A stretch of DNA of 64,000 nucleotides from Klebsormidium nitens. Its lineage: Eukaryota > Plantae > Klebsormidiophyceae. Where the stretch lies: assembly GCA_000708835.1 (NCBI GenBank), contig DF236959.1, forward strand, positions 40,938 through 104,937, read 5' to 3'. Under the pieces are notes generated by a model. It had not been told where the DNA came from. It saw only the letters and a list, made by a program, of their open reading frames with translations, and searched no databases. A program made the translations under genes and the position numbers. How positions within the stretch are numbered: the stretch's first letter is position 1; each line of letters opens with the position of its first letter. Positions 58,660 to 64,000 of this stretch are shown one piece after another.

Positions 58660-59661
58660 CGTTAGTGCGCGCATGTGTTGCTTGTGAAAATTCTGAGTAT
58701 TGCATTCTTTCGTCAAAAGTTTAGTCAGCAATGTGATCTAGCGAACCATTTACGGTCAATCTCTGGAAGGTTCTGAGTTGTTTCTGCCGGCTGAATACGC
58801 TGATCGAAAATTTATCATAACACCGCCCAATGCGTCGCAGGGCGGCGCTCAGTATCATTGATCCTGACTCACTTGACATGACAGCGATGAGCAATTCAGA
58901 CTCAACTTGGCAAGCTGTCCGAGTCAATTCCGGTAGTTCTTATAGAGGCTAGACAAACGTATACAGTTCCGCCATCACGAAAGGCCGGGCGGCCATGATG
59001 TCGCATACATGATAACTCAGTAGATTACGTACGCTGTCGGCCGCCATATCGTTGGCGTCGAATCATGGATATATTCACTACCAGAATTATTGCACTAAAG
59101 TCCTAAGACTTCATGCTTGAATCATTAAATGGATCCGCCCGGCCAGAATGATCATGCCTGCCTGAACGGTAAGTATGCATGCTGCATGATGCATTCGATC
59201 TATGCAATGACCATCAAGCTATTCCAACATGCACATGTGGTACTGGTACCAGGAAGCCCAAAGTTGCTGAGGTTTGCCAGTTCAACGGTTGAAACATGTG
59301 GGGATACTCAATCGGCTCATGAAACTATTCAGTCGAGGGCTGCGCCGCCATGCAATATCGCGGCATGACGTTTGCAGATCGACTCACCGATCGAATATGC
59401 TCAAGCATATCGTAACCTGCGCACATGCTTAGCGACCATGCAATGTACGATCACCTTGCAATTGACTGGATTAAACTCGCATCTAAACAGACATGGCACA
59501 AGCATGACAGGCTAGCTTCGCTCCGTGTTTGTTTCAATTGCATGCCAAGCCCGGGTTTGATGATACGCATCAATAGGCGGCCCCGAATCAACGTAGCACT
59601 GGCTCTGACTTTGCAAGCTAGGCACAAGTACGTGGCAATGTCGGATCGGACTGCGTCAATC

Positions 59662-62600
59662 TTAGCAACTCCACAGCCGGAACGTGTGATCCGACCCGCC
59701 AGACACTAAGTACTTGCCGGCGTTGTCAAAGACCAGGCACTGGACCGCGTCCTCGTGGCCCCGGAGCTCGCAGATGGGCACGCTGTCGTGGGCTTGGAAA
59801 CTGCATCGAAGATCGAAAAGGTTCAGGATAATATTGCTGGGTGTTCTCTATGAAAGAAACTGAAAAAGTTCTGCCTTGACTGAGTAAGGTGGCCTGGGAT
59901 TGGATTAAAGGCTTGTCGCTTGAGGTTATTCGGGGTCCAATTGCGACTGGCAAGGTAGTTAGAACTGCTGCCCTCATGCTACACTTTCTTTGGGCGGCGT
60001 AATTAAAAAACAAAAAGGAAAAAATGGAAACGAAACGACCCTCCCACAATCAAGAGTTTAGGATCTGGCGCAAGATGAAATCGACAGAAGACCGGAGAAT
60101 AGAGAGCGACACCTCCGGGGGATTGCCTTCCATAGTCTGTGTCGTGACGCTCAAAGAGGAGACGCAATTTGCAGCAAGTAACCCGAAAAATGCTCTCTCA
60201 CCATTTGATGCTGCCGTCTTCGCTAGCAATCGCCAGCACTTCGCCGCTCGGATCGAACGCGGCCTTGTTGGCGGGATGCGGCCCCACGTTAATCGTCAGC
60301 CGCTCCGTCACCATGCGGACGTCCCACAACTTCACCACGCCGTCCGCATCCACGGACGCGATCGTGTCGCCCTGTAACGAGAATTTTAATGGGTCAAGAA
60401 TTAGGCTTATTTTCCAAGTCTTCTGTTTGTGAAAGTGCGGACGTCTTACAGCTTCACTACACCGTCCGCATCCACGGACGCGATCGTGTCGCCCTGTAAC
60501 CAGAGTACGTACTTTGGCAAACTGCCATCTCGCATTGTTTGAGTATTTCTTGGGCTTGGTGTTATCGACATGGTTTGGCATCGTATCTGACAACGGCAGA
60601 CTTAGGAACCGGTCCCTAAAGTCGTAGCTACGATCAAATTTGTCGATGTATGGTGACCGAAAGGTTAGTTGCAAGAAGAGTCGACGCTCCTTTCTTGTAT
60701 TCAAATAGCTTTTCGATACCAGACTCCACAGACCGCAGAAATACTGAGCAGGATTCTCAGCACGTTCTGGTTCCAACAATCAACCCTGTTAAAAGTGAGG
60801 AAGAAAAAAGGGGATGGAGCCCTAACTTTGGGTTCCAGCGCGCGATGACACGGGTTTTGAGTGCCCGTAAAAATTTGCAAGTGGGTTTAGCCTAACCTTG
60901 GGGTTAAACGCCGCGTGGTTACACGAGTTGGAGTGCCCGTAAAATGTTTGCAGGCAGAGCGATGTGCGCGCGTCCCACAGCGACACCGTCTTGTCGCTCG
61001 ACGCCGTGCACAGGACGTTCGTGTACGGCTGCCACGTGGTCTCGTTCACGCTGTCCACGTGGCCGCGGAAGGTCTGGCGGCACCTCATGCTGCAGGAGTA
61101 GACGTTCTGCTTTGATCGGACGACTCTGGTAGAGATAAACTTCGCGTAGGCTTATGTGTGCTTACGGAGAGGGTGAGTGTGGCGTGGAACGAGCCGATTG
61201 CATACAGAAAACCCTGATGAGGAAACTTTCTTGAAGTAGGAAGAAGGTTTGCGGATGGCTTAGCAAAATCCAACAAATATCCGAACGCAGAATGTTCGGA
61301 GGGATCCCCCACCTGGACAGATCCCACAACCGAGCGGGATGCTTAAGCGAGCAGCTGGCCAGAACGTCCCCGGTTTTGCACTCGACCACGCTCTCGGCGA
61401 CTCAAGTAATGCTAAGTCCGTTTGGGATGCCACCAAGCTTTCGAGAGCCCAAAGTCGGCTCAATATCACCGTCGACATTGATATGCGAGCACGGAGGTCG
61501 GATTTGTTTGCTTCGCTTACCGGGTCCCTAGGAACGGTGAAACGCGACCCAGGGGGATCCCTCACCTCGACAGATCCCACAACCGGGCGGAATGGTCGAG
61601 CGAGCAGCTGGACAAGAAGTCCCCGGTGTCATGATACGCCACGTTCCACACCGCCTGGGTGTGGTCGCCGAAAGTGTGAATACACCGGGACTGCTCGAAG
61701 CTCCACAGCTTGACGGTGCAGTCGCCGGAGGAGGACGCGAGCATGGTTCCGCTGCGGAACGTGAGCGGAATAGGTTCAGATAAAGAGATTGGAACTGAAA
61801 ATATGAAAATTCTTTGTCCAGAGCCTTAGAACTTAACTGTACACTCGCTGGAGGAGGAGCGAGTATAGTTCTGCTGTGGAAACGGAAGGAACGGCAGGAT
61901 CGGAACGGTGGGGATAAGCGACAGTAATTGCTCGAAGCTCTGACACCCCAGTCGGCTCTGACAATACAAGCGTGCCACGTTTGATTCGTCGAACGGTAGT
62001 AATGGATCCAAGGAGCAACTGCCATAACGAATGTGCTTCTGACTTTCGACGCACGGAAAGATCTTCGTCTACGTGAGTCCAACTCGTTGATCCTGAATCG
62101 ATGAGGTGCCCCCAAATTTTTCAAGAGTGCCCCCAAATCTCGATGGCTTCTGTTATCCCGAGGAAGGGCGACCAACAGCAGGGACTTTGGCCGAGGACGT
62201 CGCCCACGTTCGCTCACCTGGGGTGAAAATCGATTCCGGACACCCAGTCCTTGTGCCCGTCGCCGCTCATGATGAGCTCGCCAGATGGCAGCGACCAAAG
62301 CTTCCACGTGGCGTCGTCGGAGGACGTCGCCACGATCGGCTTCTTGGGATGCATCCGGAGGCTGCGCAGAAGCAGCGCACACGCTGAGGAAAGTGCATTA
62401 TCTTTCTAGGTTCATTGCTTTCAGAGACTACCCTGTCAGTTTCATCTCTGACAATCTTACCTCATTTTAAAACCCCTTTTCTTTTCCTTTGCCTAAGGAT
62501 GTGCTCAAGTCGTCTCCTTCTTCCCCTTTTAACTCTCAGGAGTTGATTAGTTACACAGTGGCAACGCCCTTGTCTCCTAAGGGGCTTGTCTTCCAAGATT

Positions 62601-63572
62601 CAAAGGCCCCGGCACCTCAACAAAGAACCCTAACCCAAGTTTTCACCCGCTCCGCAGCCCTACCCACCCCTAACCAACAAAGCAAACCTACCCGTCCCCC
62701 GGGCTTTGACCCCTTTTAGATAGCGACTAAAAAGACAAGAGGTGCCAAACCATTATCCAATACTTTCTTCTCTTGCGATCAGATGGATTCTGATTTGTGC
62801 TCACTTGCTAACGGGCATATGGTGCCCCTTAAACGTTTTCGCCAGCTTGAACCCCTTCGCGCGCGCGCGCTCGACCGGGCGCTCCACGAGCGGGTTCGGC
62901 CGGTTGTTCGGTGGCAGGATCGCGTCGCCTTTCAGCGCGGTCGTCGTGCGCTTCGCGGCCGCGGCCGCGGAGGGTTTGGGGGTTATGCCGCTGCGATCGC
63001 TTGCGACGCGGTCGTTTATTGGGGCAGAGGAGGGAGCGCCGGACTTGCTCATTGCTTCAAGTGCCTCCACCTGCAAGAAAGAGATTCGGTGACGTGATCC
63101 GTTTTGTATCATATCATTCAGGAACCGAGGGGTACTACCATTCGCGACGCAGAAGCTTCTGAAGGTCAACTCGCTCGATCTGCGTGCTGGAATATGAGAG
63201 TAAGACGTAAGGAAGGAGGGAAACAAGGAAGCTAAGAAGACCTTGGAAGCAACGTTCTTTGGTAACGGGGGAGGATGCGAAAGAAGAACTTCAAAAGAAA
63301 CCTTCAACCGATTCGAGGTAAAACCAAGATTGTCTCTCGAGAGTGTAGCTCCGGCTTTACTACTGATGAAAAGTAACAGAAGCGACGCTTTTGAAAAAGC
63401 AAAGCAACGATGGGTGGCTCCGAAGCTGCTCCTTGAGAATCCGCGCGCGCACCTTGGCCGCCAGGCGGTCCCGCTCGAGGCGCGTGAGCGTCTTCTCCTT
63501 CATCAGCGACTCGTACTTGGCCTTGAGCTCGCGCAGCGTCGGCTCGTACTGCGCGTAGTGCGCCTTCAGCCG
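59662..63572 (-). CDS. SPAG16: PF20/SPAG16 axonemal central-apparatus WD40 protein; 5' exons lie beyond the right edge
   Basis: Coiled coil RLKAHYAQYEPTLRELKAKYESLMKEKTLTRLERDR followed by WD40 repeats: TFKGHHMPVS, VATSSDDATWKLW, GHKDWVSGIDFHP, LASSSGDCTVKLW, DHTQAVW, SCSLDHSARLWD, FRGHVDSVN, TASSDKTVSLWD, FYGHSNSCN, DADGVVKLWD and LRGHEDAVQ...SGGSDHTFRLWSC-stop. Confidence 0.9.
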
Positions 63573-64000
63573 CTGCGCGCGCAAGAGATCGCGCGTCTGA
63601 GATCCATTCACACTTGCCTAGAATAGTTATAATCAGCTCAAATTTTAGACCGAACGAAGCTAACACGAAAATCTTCAACCCAAATAATCATCCGCTCCGC
63701 ATCCGTACCCACCCTAACCACTTCATAAACCTACTCGTCCCGGTACTCTAACTTGAGCTTCACGCAATCCAAATCGGAGACCGATGATCCATTCGGGTTC
63801 ACGACTTTAAGGTCCTGGCCTGCGCAGGATCCGCGCCGAATTAATCTACACAGTTCGCAGCATTTGACGGTGGCCTCTGTGCTGTGATTGGCCTTTCAGA
63901 GAGCCAGGAAAGCGCACCGCAAAGTATGAGGGAGTACGCTTGGAGCTGATGAGTCACTCTACTTGGCTGACCGGCTCTTTGTACTACAACAAAGTAGTTG

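Noticed and set aside
62620-62700. AACCCTA-like motifs in PF20 introns considered as interstitial telomere
   Set aside because: Isolated, degenerate single copies rather than tandem arrays.

Overview
This is 64 kb of intron-rich eukaryotic nuclear DNA with GC-rich exons, mostly GT-AG introns of about 150-900 bp, and one assembly gap at 5623-5945. It carries plant-type genes (BAHD acyltransferase, CYP72-clan P450, BELL-type homeobox, GT37 fucosyltransferase) together with flagellar/centriolar genes (CEP76, PF20/SPAG16). That combination and the compact gene spacing point to a flagellate-producing streptophyte, most plausibly a Klebsormidium-like charophyte alga (inference). Gene order: UGT(-, runs off the left edge), BAHD(+), CYP(-), BELL-like TALE homeobox(-), P4-ATPase flippase(+), DCI1/ECH1(-) with a nested antisense small membrane-protein ORF, CEP76(+), GT37 FUT(+), PF20/SPAG16(-, runs off the right edge). 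Highlights: (1) a UGT-BAHD-P450 trio that looks like a plant-type biosynthetic gene cluster, with an animal-type signal-peptide UGT; (2) recurring degenerate tandem copies of exon/intron junctions inside introns of four genes; (3) a frameshifted nad4/NuoM fragment in a CEP76 intron; (4) a nested antisense gene; (5) a BELL homeodomain with an abnormal loop. No rRNA, tRNA, CRISPR array or intact transposon could be supported. Exon boundaries were inferred by eye and no database search was run.
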